This document shows positions 26,801 through 40,520 of a DNA stretch of 64,000 bases, one piece after another. A program made the position numbers and the translations under genes. Origin of the DNA: Octopus vulgaris (taxonomy: Eukaryota). The notes under the pieces were generated by a model that did not search any database, was not told the origin of the DNA, and saw nothing but the letters and a program-made list of their open reading frames with translations. The stretch spans positions 53,816,001 through 53,880,000 of the forward strand of contig OX597830.1 of assembly GCA_951406725.2 (NCBI GenBank), written 5' to 3'. Within the stretch, counting starts at the first letter, position 1. Each line of letters starts with the position of its first letter.

Positions 26801-28665
26801 CTCTATACTCCTCTTCTACTTTTTCTTTCTCTCAATTTCTTTTCCCTTCATCTCTCTCTCTCTCTCTTATTTCTTAGTGACACTTTCAGCAATGGAAACA
26901 AATCCGTTCATTCAGTCAGTTGTTATTCATGTTACTACTGTTGTTGTTCTTGTTATTGATGTTCCTGCTGGTCAAAGCCATTTAGCCATGACCATCCCAG
27001 CTTATATGTAAACAATGTTATCCAGTCCTATTATCTCTTCTCTGAAATATTCAGGTATGGTTTGAGAGGAAATTGGCTGTTTTTTCTAGTATACCATGTG
27101 ACCCTGTATAAGGTCTATCTGTTGTTACTCTTCATAAGTCCCCAGGTCATTCCTGATCTGTACCCCATGATTAAAGACACTCCAACTATGACAATCCTGT
27201 CTGCAGGGAAACCAGGACTGTATTCTCCAATGTAGGTTTTTCTAAAACAGAGGGAGATTTCTTTACTATTTCTAGCTGATTAAATGACCACATAGTAACT
27301 CTTTCATTGGTCCATTGCTATTACTGGTAATAGTTTTCTGTTGTTACCTTTTGTTCTGCATTTGTCCCCCACCACCACTTGACAACTGATGTTGGTGTGT
27401 TTACATTCCCATAACTTTGCAGTTTGGTAAAAGAGACCAATAGAATAAGTACCTGTCTTAAAAAAGGAATAAGTATCTGAGTCGATTATTCAACTAAAAG
27501 TTCTTCAGGCTGGTGCTCCAGCATGGCTGCAATTAAATGACTGAAACAAGTCGAAAATAAGAGAGAATGCAAAATTACCCTGCAGGTTGTGACAGTCAAT
27601 AAGATTTTAAAACTTTCCCTTTCTGTGCAGCTTGGTACCAAATAATCCATGACTTGGTGGTTGGGAACCCCTGCTGCAGGGTATATAAATATGAGTATAG
27701 TTGGTGAATTGGCAGGGTGGTTAGAGCATCGGATGATGGGATGTCTCACACTGGCCTCTCGCATGTCCTCTACAATGTCACTCTAAAACTAAGCTATCAC
27801 ATCATTGAAATTTTGAAGCTATGAGATGATGCATGATTAATTCAAAACTATGCGAATCAATAAGAGTAATCTGAATGTTAAAGGGTTAATCAAGCAATTG
27901 ATCAGTTAACTGGGCTAAATGATTAACCAAATGGCTAATAAAAATAAAGAAGTGAAATCGAACCTGCGTGTGTGTGTGTGCACGCGCTTTTATTATTGAC
28001 ATAATGACCCTCCCAAGATACAACAAAATCTGTTTTAACACATGAATTCACCTCAAGAATCTTGCAAACCAAATACAAAACTCAAAAACTTAATCCATCA
28101 TCCAGTTGAATACCACCTCTTGGCACCTTCAGTACCTTTAGTGGAGTCTGCTCAGTTGTAAGCATTCAGTCTACATTTGTGGTCTGAGGATATTTCCTCC
28201 TCCTCCACCACCACCACCACCACCACCACCACCACCTCCTCCTCGTTCCCAAAAAGAGTTACAGGCATGTATAGTCGTTTGTGTTGTAGTATGTGGTTTT
28301 TGGTGTGGTATGATGTGGTATGCAATAATGTGGTTTAGTATGTTGTGGTGCAGTTTGACGTATATGTTGTAGTACAGTGTTAGTGTGATGTGTATGAGTG
28401 TTGTGTTGTATTATGTGGTGTAGTATTGTTTCTTTTTAAAGACAGTAGGGAAGTTTGTAGGGAATTTGCCTACTATTTCTGGCAAGCTCAGCAACCATGC
28501 AGAGGCTCTGATTTTGGCTCATGGTGAAACTTTATTAGTTTCACCATGAGCCAATGGTGAAGAAGATAATAATGGTGGTGTGGTAATGATGATGTTGGGG
28601 AAGGTGAACAAGGTAATGATGGCAACCATATTAGTTGATGGTAGTGAAGATGATGATGATGGTGG

Positions 28666-28985
28666 TTTAGAATCAGTTTGTTGTACAATTTTGCAGCAAT
28701 TGACGTTAGAGATATACCCCTGTAGTTGGTGACGAGGGATAAGTCGCCTTTTTTGGATATTGGGATGATTTGAGATTGGTGCCAAATCTTTCGAGCTATA
28801 AAAGTGGAAAGTGTGTGATTGCAAAGACTGAGCAAAAGTACGTGAAATCTATCATCCTTCCAAATTATAGCTGGGATGTTGTCAGGACCAAATGCTTTCA
28901 AGGCTTTCAGTTGTTTAGTGGCCGCTGTTAGTTCAAATATGGTAAAAGGGGAGGTGTTGATGTCCAGCGTATCTGATATAGGCAC
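28666..28985 (-). mobile_element. Non-LTR retrotransposon reverse transcriptase fragment (N-terminal RT subdomains)
   Basis: KAFGPDNIP...WHQSQIIPISKKGDLSLVTNYRGISLTSIAAKLYNKLILN, embedded in a GAT/GGT microsatellite. Confidence 0.9.
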
Positions 28986-30032
28986 ACTTGGAAGGTGGTG
29001 ATGATGATAAAATTGATGATGATGTTAACATTGATAATAAAGGTTATGCCCCAACAGTTCTTTGAAACTGTAAATTTTGAAAAATTCAACAAAGCTAAAA
29101 CAATCCAATGTCCCACCCAGCAACTGGACATTGGCCATATCAATCTTAGCAAGTTTGTTGGGGAGATGGGGAGCTGTGAGGAGGTCAGTCAAGAAGACAC
29201 AGCCTTATTCCACTTTAAAAGAATATATGTATATATATAAAAAAAAAATGTTGAAAAAATATATAAAATAAACATTTTTTTGTCCTCTTCACTTGCTCAT
29301 CCTCAACCTTGTTTATTTTGTTGTTTTTTTTTTGTTGTTTTTGAGAGGCAAAGAAAAGAAAGAAAAGCAAATGTTAAAAAAAAGGCAACAAATATATATT
29401 CCTTGCTCCTTACATTCAGTTTTCTGTTATAACAGGGAAAATATCTGAGGGTTCATGATCCCTATTTCAGAAACTCCATGAAGAAGCCTAAATTTTATTT
29501 TGTATTCTTTGTATTTTTTTTTCCTTATTTCTCTTTCTCTCTCAAATCAGGAAAGCAGGAGAGAAAACAAAACGAAAGAGGTAAGGTAGTTGTTGTGAGT
29601 GTATACATATACCATATATACACATGTATAGATATATACACACATATATATAATATTATATATCATACATATCATATTAGATATATATTATATATTTGTA
29701 TTATATAATATATGAGATAATATATACTATATAATATATATTATATATGCTATGCTGTATATCTCTTCAGCTTGTTCATGATCTGTGCATCATGGGAAGC
29801 CTTATTACAGTGAAAATATTATTATTGTATTCAATAAACTCTGTGAAAGTCTCTTATTCACCTGACTATTCTCAAGCAATGAAACTCTTCTCTATTTTTT
29901 TTTTTTTTTGTGAAAAAATGTAATCAAAGTTGACATTAACTGTGCTGCACTTTCATGGAATTACCAATCTCCCTTTATTATTTATCATCATCATTATTAT
30001 TATTATTATAATTATTATTTTATTTACTGTTG

Positions 30033-30069
<37 letters not shown>

Positions 30070-30870
30070 GTTACGGTGGCAAGCTGCCAGAAACATTAGC
30101 ACACTGGACAAAATGCTTAGTGGCATTTTGTCCCTCTTTCTGTTCTGGGTTCAAATTCCATTGGGGTCAACATTGCTTTTCATCCTTTCAGGGTTGATAA
30201 AATTAAGCACGAAGTTAAGCACTAAGGTCAATGTAATTGACTTAGTCCCTCCCCCAAAATTGCTGGCCTTGTGCCAAAATTTGAAACTATTATTATTATT
30301 ATTATTATTAAAAAAATCATCATCGTTATTATTATTGCTTGTGAATTGGTAGATCATCAGACAAAATATTTTGTGGTATTTAGTTATGGCTCATTACATC
30401 CTAAGTTCAAATCCTGTCAAGGTCAATAAAATAAAGTACCAATCAACTCCTGGGGGTTGATTATATGAATTATCCCTTTCCCTCAAAACTGCAAGCCATG
30501 TGCCAAAATTATTATTATTAATTATTAATGATTATTAATAAAGCAGTGAGCTGGTAGAATCGTTAGCATGCTGGGTGAAATGCTTAGTATTTCACCCATC
30601 ACTATGTTCTGAATTTAAATTCTGGCAAAGTTGATTTTGTCTTTCATCCTTTTGTGGGTCAATAAATTAAGTACTGGGGTGATTGACTAGTCTCCCCCTT
30701 CAAAATTTCAGGCCTTGTGCCTTTAGTAGAAAGGATTATCATTAAAGGTGGAGAACTGGCAGAATCATTAGCATGCCAGGCAAAATGCTTAGCAGCATTT
30801 CAACCGTCCTTATGATCTGAGTTCAAATTCTGCTGGGGTTGACTTCGCCTTTCATCCTTTCTAGGTCGAA
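30070..30870 (+). mobile_element. Same-strand array of about 4 old SINE family A copies separated by (ATT)n
   Basis: Repeated heads, cores and ATT tails. Confidence 0.8.
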
Positions 30871-32410
30871 AAAAGTGAAGTCTGGCAGACACACAGTGTA
30901 AAAGTGCACCCTTAATGCAGATCTGAAGTAGTGCCGCTCTAATGTCTAAAACTGTGAATACTCTGCAAATTTTCACTTTGAACCTTCACATAAACTAGCA
31001 TTGAAAGCAGAATAGTACAGAAACAATTGTAACTGATCATTAAAGACGTGTTAAAGATTTTTTTCTTCTTCCTATTTGGGTTACACACACACACAGAAAT
31101 TTAACATACAAAATAAGTAGAATGCAGACAACACACACATGGAAACACTTATCTCGTCAGTTGTTGACTGAAGGTCAAGGCTATTTCAACACATCAACAT
31201 ATTTAAGTCTGTCTGTCTAACAAAAAGAATGAGCTTGTATGGATGGCTAAGACAACCAAAACATGCTTATATGTTGTGCAAATGTTTTAATACCATTGAA
31301 TTTTTTCAAATGTATACTTTTGGGAAAAGCAAAAATATTTAAACATTTTTGCAACTGTCAGGTATTCAATGATATGTAGTAAATTTTTATTCATCTTTCT
31401 CTTCCTTGCATTGAATCACTGTTTTGTGTCTTAGTTCTCTTAGATGAAATTCATACATACATACATATATAGATTGATTGATTGATTATTGATTCATTCA
31501 TTGGTTGGTTGAATGAACAGAATGGAAAACAATAATTCCAAAGTACTCAATAGTAAAAGTAGAATAAATAAATAAAATAATCATTTCTACTCTAGGTACT
31601 AGGCCCAAAATTTTGGGAGAGGGGGCCAGTCGATTAGATCGACCCCAGTATTAAACTGGTTCTTGATTTATCAATCCTGAAAGGATGAAAGGCCAAGCCA
31701 ACCTTAGCAGAATTTGAACTCAGAACGTAAAGACAGATAAAATACTGCTAAGCATTTCACCCGGCATGCTAACGTTTCTGACACCTCGTCAAAAAACATT
31801 TGAGCGAGGTCATTGCCAGTGCCGCTGGACTGGCTCCTGTGCTGGTGGCACGTAAAAAACACCACTTGAGCATGGCCATTGCCAGTACCGCCTGACTGGC
31901 CTTCGTGCCGGTAGCACGTAAAAGCACCCACTACACTCTCGGAGTGGTTGGCGTTAGGAAGGCCATCCAGCTGTGGAAACTCTGCCAGATCAGACTGGGG
32001 CTTGGTGCAGCCATCTGGTTCACCAGACCCCAGTCAAATCGTCCAAGCCATGCCAGCATGGAAAGCAGACGTTAAACGATGATGATGATAATGATGAGAT
32101 AATGTTATCTAACATAGGTAGAATAGAACACATTTTGAAAGATAGTATAGTTAATGACATAACCCCAGTACTTGATTGGTACTTTATTTTATTGAACCTT
32201 GAAAGAAAAACAGCATCAACATCAGTCTGGGCAAAATTTGAACTCAGAACAGAAAGGGCTGTGCCTAATCACTGAAAGACATTTTTTTTCTTTTTGTGCT
32301 GTATTGATTTTGCTAGTTCTCTGCAAAATATGAACATATAGCTGAAGGCACATGCACACATACAGAGAAAAATCATTGGTGAAATCTAACATTTTCTCTC
32401 TTATATTTAG

Positions 32411-32488
32411 GAATCACTCCAGCATGGCCAAAACCATGGTGCAGTGGAATCAGATAAAAAGGTGTCTTATTCCTCAACATGTCCATGA
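32411..32488 (+). CDS. Candidate exon (phase 0: ESLQHGQNHGAVESDKKVSYSSTCP*), followed by ~1 kb of mostly unique, UTR-like sequence
   Basis: CTAAC branch point at 32386-32390, pyrimidine tract, TTTAG acceptor (AG 32409-32410). AATAAA at about 32849 and 33560. Confidence 0.45.
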   Translation, partial: ESLQHGQNHGAVESDKKVSYSSTCP

Positions 32489-33835
32489 CACAGTACTGTA
32501 CAATACTGAGTGTTAACTAAGAGAACCATTTAATGAATTATTAAAACTTGTACTGTATGGTGTTCCATAATGACACCATGGTCAAAGAATTATTTATCTG
32601 AATTAGAATTCTGAAGTAAAGAGTAGTGATGCTCTCATTCATTGGCCTCAGACTTGGTGGATAGCTTCAGATGTGTAATATATATGCACACATATATATA
32701 TATGTATATATATATATGCATGTTCATGTTGAACGATGAGAATGAGTGCTCAACACTGTATTAATGGATAAAATTTCTTTATTTGTGTATTAAGGCTACC
32801 ATTGGTTTCATGTTAAGATATTTTAACATGAAACCAATATTATACACAAATAAAGAAGTATATAAACATGTGCGCGTGCACACACACACACACATATGCA
32901 AACACACACACACATAAATACAGGTTTATCAAATAATATACAACATAGATCATTTATGGAAACTATCTCTGCCTCTAAAAGATGTATCATAATTACCAAA
33001 TGGCAATTGAAACCTGCTCCACTTAAAAGGGGAGATAATCTCAAGTTTCAAGAATGCTCTAAAGTTAACATACCATTAAGGAAAAGGTCAGGTTTATTGC
33101 CTGGAGATTAGAGAACAGTTGTAGATATGTGTTTCTGGCTCAGCAGCCATCATCAGTATGGTAATTTGCCCAGCCTTATCTCCAATAGCCATTGTGACCA
33201 TCCTAATTCCATTTACACCAGTAGACAATAATAACTAACCTTTTAGGTATTTGTACATTGAAGCAGTGGTTATAGCAATCTTTCAAAATTAATCTTCTTC
33301 TAAAAGAATTTCAATCAAGTTTGTATATATATCCCATAAGGTAGTAGAAGTGTTACTACCCATATACTACACATACTAAGAAGCTATTCTAATATGGTTC
33401 TGATATTTTAAATTAGGTCTCACAATGAGACTTAACACTCCTACCCAGTCAGCTAATATCCACCTAATCTTATAAATATGGCAAATACCTGTTTTACCTT
33501 AGTCATGAACAACTAAAGGTGAAACTCGGAATAAGCTGTCAGTTTTTAATATCATATATAATAAAAGGCAAAATGCATAGCAGCGTTTCAGCTTTATGTT
33601 CTGAGTTCAAATCCCTTTGAAGTCAACTTCACCTTTCATCCTTTCAGGGTCACTTAAAATATATATCAGTTGAGCACTAGGATCAATGTAACTGATTAGC
33701 CTGTCCCCTAAAAGGTTTCAGACCTTACCTATAGTAGAAAGACTATATATTATGAAGCAGAAGGCAACTATGCTACTGTTGGTAGCATGATGAAATAATG
33801 TAAGGAAGGGTAGCTAGCCATGCATACATACGTAT

Positions 33836-33872
<37 letters not shown>

Positions 33873-33968
33873 ATATATAGAGAGAGAGTTTACGAAAAAA
33901 ACAAGACGAAGACAGGTGGTGTACAAAACAAACAGATGTATTAGTATAACGCTCAGGAATAGAAAAAG

Positions 33969-34006
33969 TCTTTTACATTTCGAGCCTACGCTCTTCTACA
34001 GAAAGG
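33969..34006 (-). ncRNA. Variant minimal hammerhead-like motif in a Penelope-like fragment
   Basis: Minus strand: cttt-CTGTAGAA-gagc/gtag/gctc-GAAA-tg-TA-aaag. Confidence 0.5.
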
Positions 34007-35118
34007 GACACAGAAAAAAAATGTGTGTAGTGGCTAACGATCTATCATGGCAACTGACATATAGATATACACATGCACGCGTGCGCACACACACATATAC
34101 ACACACGGCTGATGCTAGTGCTAGTGGCATGTAAAAAGCACCATTCAAATGTGACTGATGCCAGTGCCACCTGACTGGCACCTGTGCCGGTGGTACATAA
34201 AAGAACAATTCGAGTGTGGTCGATGCCAATGCTGCCTGACTGTCTCCTATGCCAGTGGCATGTAAAAAGCACCCACTACACTCTGAGTGGTTGCCATTAG
34301 GAAGGGCATCCAGCTGCAGAAACCTTGCCAAATCAGATTGGAGCCTGTTGCAGCCTCCTGTCTTGTCAGTCCTCAGTCAAACCGTCCAACCCATGCCAGC
34401 ATGGAAAGTGGACAGTAAATGACAACGATGTTGATGATGATATATAAGCTAAGCAGACTGAAATTTGAAGGAAGGAAGGAGAAAAAGTTCAAACAACCTT
34501 AAACTAATGATCTAAATACATTAACATTTTTGTTTCATAGTTATCTTAGCATATAATGAAATTAAATCCTTTAAATTTTTCTTTTATTTTCTTTATTTTT
34601 TCCCCCCTTTTTTATTTTCCTTGATTGGTGGGTTGGGGTATAAAAAAATGAAAAAGGTGAGATTGGTTCTTCACTTACTATGTTGACCATTATTCTTCCA
34701 GTTGACCCATATTTGATGTCTTTGTTATTGTTATCATCTGTGTTTCTTTGCAGACAGTTCACATCACCAATAACCCTTCTCTCGCAATATCTGATGTTGT
34801 TGTCAGCATGTCAAACAGATTAATACTAGTAGTTTCACCATTTTAGAAGAAAAACTGTTTTTTAATGAATTTACAATTCACTTGCATGAACTTTCCTTTA
34901 CCACACCTCTCTCTCTCTCTTTCTTTCCCTATCTCTCTCTAGTTAAAACTTCCTTTTGACATTCAGTCTCTCTCTTTTTTCCTTGGCCTCTCTTTTTCTC
35001 TCTTTATATTTCTTTCATTCTATCTTTCTCTCTTTCCCCTTCTCTCTACCCTATGGCAATTTCTTTCGCTCTCACTAAACCATTATTTTCCACTTTTCTC
35101 TATCTCATATACTGTCCC

Positions 35119-35174
<56 letters not shown>

Positions 35175-35315
35175 CTCTCCTCATCTCTTCAAACATTATC
35201 CAATTGTATTCATTGTACCATGTATATATTAAAACTGACATTTGGTCTTGTTATTGATCTAGCCCTGATCTTTCCCCCCTTATGGTTGAGGTGTGTATTG
35301 GTAGCACAAGTTTAA

Positions 35316-35529
35316 TCCCTTTTATACCAATCTGTCCAACCCAACTCTGGTTCAATGAAACGAACTTTCTGCTTTAAAGTAATCTAAAAGACCTTCCACC
35401 AAAATTTCATGTTAATTTATGTTCTAAACACTGACTTAATAAAATGTTGTTTTATTAAACTCCTCATTATTTTCAAAGTGAATTGAAACAGAGGCAGTGT
35501 ATTTCAGCAGGAATATGGTAATAGAAGGG
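35316..35529. mobile_element. piggyBac-like MITE, old copy
   Basis: TTAA flanks, CCCT.../...AGGG ends, internal similarity to 59322-59540. Confidence 0.7.
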
Positions 35530-36655
35530 TTAACATGCTACCATCCACTCCTGGGTGGGATGTGCCCAGAGGTTGGATGGTTGGCCTAACACATTGTTCT
35601 GTTTAAAATCTACATCATCTTTGGGTGTCATTAGTGTGGTGGTAGTCCAAACATGCCACCCAGCTAAATACACAGCACCACCACTATCACCCACTTCTTG
35701 GTATTTTAAGCAGAGTTCCCTTTATAGCAAGACTGACTCTATCCCCACCAAGTTCTCTCCCAGTCCATATATTTCCTGAAGACATTGATCTTCAGCTATT
35801 CAGATTGACCATTTATGGCATCAGTCTCACCAGTCTTGGACAATAACCTACAAATATGGTCAGTGTCATCTCTCTTCCTTTAATTAACTAATAAAGTATG
35901 TTGGTGTGTGGCTTTGCGATTAGGATGTTTGGCTTTTGTCCATGTATATGGGTCATGTTCAATTCATGGAATGGGCAGCTTGTTGAGTCCTTGACAAAAG
36001 TACTTCTTTCGTCATTGTTCCAGTCTACTCAATTGGAAATGTGCACTAGCCAAGTGTTGGTGCTGCTTTCCCTCCCACCAGTTGCCACATTTTCAATGTT
36101 TTGCTGGGACAAAAGTGGTGAAGTGGAGGGGACGGTGTTCCTAGTTTGCTTATGACTACACAGGCACTTAAAACAATTAGCAAAAGCATGGTATCTGTTA
36201 TTAAGCCATATTCGCTTGCCAGTGATGGCTACAGAGTAGTGTACTACATATATATATATATATATACACACACACATTTACATGTGTATATATGTGTGTA
36301 CATATATATAATATATAGATAAATAATTTATCCAGTAATCACGGGTGAGTTTATGTAATTGCTCTGTACAAAAATACACTATATAACTGTGTTTTATCTT
36401 TTCTTCATCAGGACGCTAATTACTAATTATTCTAATTTAACATGTCCCTATTGTTCCTTGTTTCATCCTTAATTATAAAATCTGATGTGGATTCTCCAAG
36501 TTGGTAGAACAAATTATTATTATTTGATTTATATAATTAAATTTTTGTGTTTGATTTACTGCGAAAATAGTTTAAATTTTCCAGACTAATAAACCTTCTC
36601 AATCAGGTCTCTGTTTTCTGTTGGCTCATTCAGTGGCCATCTTCAAGGATACTAT

Positions 36656-36706
<51 letters not shown>

Positions 36707-38809
36707 GGTAGATATAAAATGCGTGCAAGTAAAATGAGGACAATTATAAGGTAAGGAGATAAGCAGTGAATATATGAATATATAACATGAGGTGCAAGAA
36801 TGTGTTGAAAAATAAAACAAAACTAACAATCATGAATTTATGTTGTTATTTGATATTCCTTTGTTCGTTTATATTATTCATAGTCACCCACTCTCAATTA
36901 TTTCTGTTAGCTTATTTTTATTTAAATTATATATATATAAGTGCATATACATAGATACACACACACATGTACAAGCGTGTTGGAGAATTTTTGTGTATAT
37001 TTATTTTTATATAAAGTTATATAAACACATTTTTATAACGTTCACATTTTTGTATATTCATTGATCCAAAATAATAAATAAATATTATTACTAATATCAG
37101 TGTTTGAAATTAAATACTAGAAATATTTATTAAAAAACGGCCCACAAACTTTACTTCCCCAAAATACAGAGGTTAAATTTTCTAAATAGTAATTAAATAA
37201 CATCAAGAGCAATTAACCTCTTGTGAGAAAACTGCTGACCAACTAATTTTTCCACCTACCTCCATCCTTTTGTGGACTTTAAAAGCACAAGTTAAACAAA
37301 TTTCTACACTAACAACACCATGATCCAATGTTGACATTCTTAAATAGATGCACTTAATCACAGTCTTACATGTTTTTCTGAACTCTGAATAATAGCTCCA
37401 CCTCCTCAAAACAAACAGGTTAAATTTTTTAAAAGCCCCAACAATCAAGAAAGAAATCTGCTAACCAACTAACTTTTCCACCTACTTACATTCTTTTGCA
37501 AACCCTTAAAAACTCCATGACTTAAAACCTGATACACATAAATAAAACACATTATTAAGAAGTTTTATATGCCAAACTGAACTCTGAATTATAACCTTCA
37601 CATTCTCAAAACAAACAGGTTAAATCTCCCATTTGTATGCAAATAAAAACAACTAAGTTTCTTTGTGAACTGCATCTTAAGATGACACACCTAGACGTAC
37701 TTGATTACAAAGTTCTGCACACATGAGTCAATTCTGAACAATAACATAACTCTGAATTTAATCTATAAAAATCTCCCTCGTAACCTATCTTATAATTTAA
37801 TAATCATTCACCAGAACTCCATATATTCCACAAATTTTAAACTTAACAGAGATTAATTAAAATGAAGATGAACTCAAATGTACTCAGTCTACTGAGAGTA
37901 AACCAGTTCAAAACTTTGAAGTCGCTGTCAACACTTCTTGTTAAATATGTACTCTACAATAAGTATTGAGTAATCCTTTAGTTTACTGTAGAATTGTTTC
38001 TATTATAACTCAACATAAAAACAAGCATTAAAATACACATACATATGGAAATTGTAGTTGTGATACCTGTGCCGGTGGCATGTAAAAAGCACCATCCAAA
38101 CGTAGCCGATGCCAGTGCCGCCTTGACTGGCTTCTGTGCTGATGGCACGTATAAAGCACCCACTACACTCACAGAGTGGTTGGAGTTAGGAAGGGCATCC
38201 AGCTGTAGAAACACTGCCAGATCAGACTGGACCCCAGTCGAACTGTCCAACCCGTACTAGCACGGAAAACGGACGTTAAATGATGATGATACATGTATGC
38301 ACACACGCACGCAAATACACATACACACACACGCACATATGAGGTTAAAATGTAGTAACACAGTTTTTTATAGAACAGCCATGTTATAGTGGCAAAAAAA
38401 TGCCACCCTCTAGTATTGTTACTACTTTGTTTAGAGATTTTAGAACTAGCTACATTGCTCATTATGAAACCAGCGGCTTTCTGTCGCTTCTCTGTTTATA
38501 TATTGTCAGTAGGGATGATTGAGTGCCATCTCTAGCAGGCAGGTGTCTGTACCAATGAAGGGTAAAGACCCAGAAACCATAGTCTACTGGTCTTGCCAAG
38601 CTGGAGGGGAGTGATTCTCTCTCTTACAATATATCAGACACAGGTTGTGTGTTGTTAAGCAGCTGGAAAAGATGTTTTCCTGGGGTTAAAATGTAGTAAC
38701 ATAGTTCTTTATAGAATAGCCATGTTATAATGGCAAAAAAATGTTACTGTATATATATATATTTAATTTTAATCAGCAGAAGTTATACTATAACTTCTAC
38801 CAATTAAAA

Positions 38810-38858
<49 letters not shown>

Positions 38859-38893
38859 TCATGTTTTGAGTTTTATTTTTCTGTTTGTATTAC

Positions 38894-38941
<48 letters not shown>

Positions 38942-39253
38942 CACACACACTCACTCACACATATAAACATACATGCACATTTATAGGATTGTAGTTTTTT
39001 TGTGTGTGTGTGCATGTGTTAAAACTATTAAAAATAGAGCATCTGAATTATAAGGTAGAGATTTGTTTATATATATAGGAATATGACAGAGAAAGATGAA
39101 TTGGAGAATGATTTAATGATAATATTGGAATGAGAAATATGAAAGAGGTGATTAAAAGTTCGAAAATTTTAAATTACTTGAAACATTTTATTTCTTTGTT
39201 GTTTTGTTTCTTTCAATTCTCTATTTTTCCTCTTTTTTTTTTTTCTTTTTTAG

Positions 39254-40520
39254 GCGTGGAACAACAGCTTTCGTAGTGTCTTGGATCCTCATCTATATCA
39301 TAATTCAGACTTGTAAACTGTTATCCTCAACTGATTATTTGGTGTGCCTGGCGAAGCTAAATCGAACGTTAATCCGCCCTCATAATGTCCACAGTTGGCA
39401 GTCAATCCATGACCGACGGAGAGATGTACTGCTGTATTCGGCTCACTACCGGCCCCTGGGAGACAGTCGTGCTGTTCACATCCTGGCTGTTGGCACAGGA
39501 ATTCCTCAGGAACTTATTTGTCTTCTTTGGTATGCTGACTCTTTCTTTCCAGATGTGATAAAAGCAACCACTTTGAACCATGATGTTGATGAAGTAAAGA
39601 AAGGGCGAATAGTCGAGCAGTTTTTCTTCACTTGTGCATGTAACTCAACCCAACCACCAATTTATGTGTCCTTGACGGGTCCACGATGTTCAGTGCCGAC
39701 AACTTTCCTTCAGGTACAGGTGCCACAAAAAGAGGAACCTGTGAAAGAATTTGGTATCTGCATGTCGAGTACGAATGTCAATGTCCATCCATATCACATC
39801 ATAGAATGGATGGAAGCTCATCAGATGTTTGGCATCGACGAGATAACACTGTATTATCACACCTTTTCCAGCAACATGTCACGGGTGTTAAACCAATATC
39901 AGAAAGATGGCTTTGTTAGGCTTAATTATGTGTCAGTTCCCAGACGATATGGATTCTGGTCAGACTTTAAAATCATATCTTCTTTATCGCTCAATGACTG
40001 TATGTGGAAAAATATGTATCGATATCACTACATCTTCATTCTGTTAAACTTTGACGAGATTGTCATACCACGTATACACAACAACTATAGCGCGTTACTC
40101 GACTATGTCGATCGAACTGAAGGGCTTGTGGTGCCAGCCACATCATACCTTTTCCAAAATACTGTTTTCAATCTTTGCGCTGCTGATACAAAAGATCCTG
40201 CATTTTCAAACTTTCTCCGCTACTTGAAGCGAGATCCTCCTAGCGAGGAAATGCGAGATTTCCGTTCTCTCGTCAATCCCAGATACTGTCTTTCATTGTT
40301 TACGCATTATTGTCATTCATTTGTCTCGGTGGAAGCAATGCCATGGACAGTGAAAGTCCATCAGCACGTTGCTCTCACGCATCACTATCATAATGTCAAC
40401 AAAAAAAAAGTCAACTGTGATAACATGAAGAAGAATTTGGCTGTGGACAGAACGGTGGATCGCTTCCGCAAACCTCTCAGTAAACGGTGTGAAAATCGAA
40501 TAATGCAGCACAAGCTTTAA
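39254..40520 (+). CDS. Glycosyltransferase family 92 (DUF23) type II membrane protein, terminal coding exon
   Basis: Long open frame with hydrophobic anchor AFVVSWILIYIII and family-typical motifs YSAHY, ICLLWY, FGICM, IIEWMEAHQMFGIDEITLY, LNDCMWKN, NFDEIVIP, RSLVNP, HHY. The track start at 39204 is an intron pyrimidine tract ending in AG 39252-39253 (phase 2). Confidence 0.9.

Noticed and set aside
26399-26959. 186-aa Leu/Ser-rich ORF
   Set aside because: CT-rich low-complexity tract.
39204-39253. ORF-track N-terminus MFLSILYFSSFFFFFF as a signal peptide
   Set aside because: TTG start inside an intron polypyrimidine tract ending in AG at 39253.
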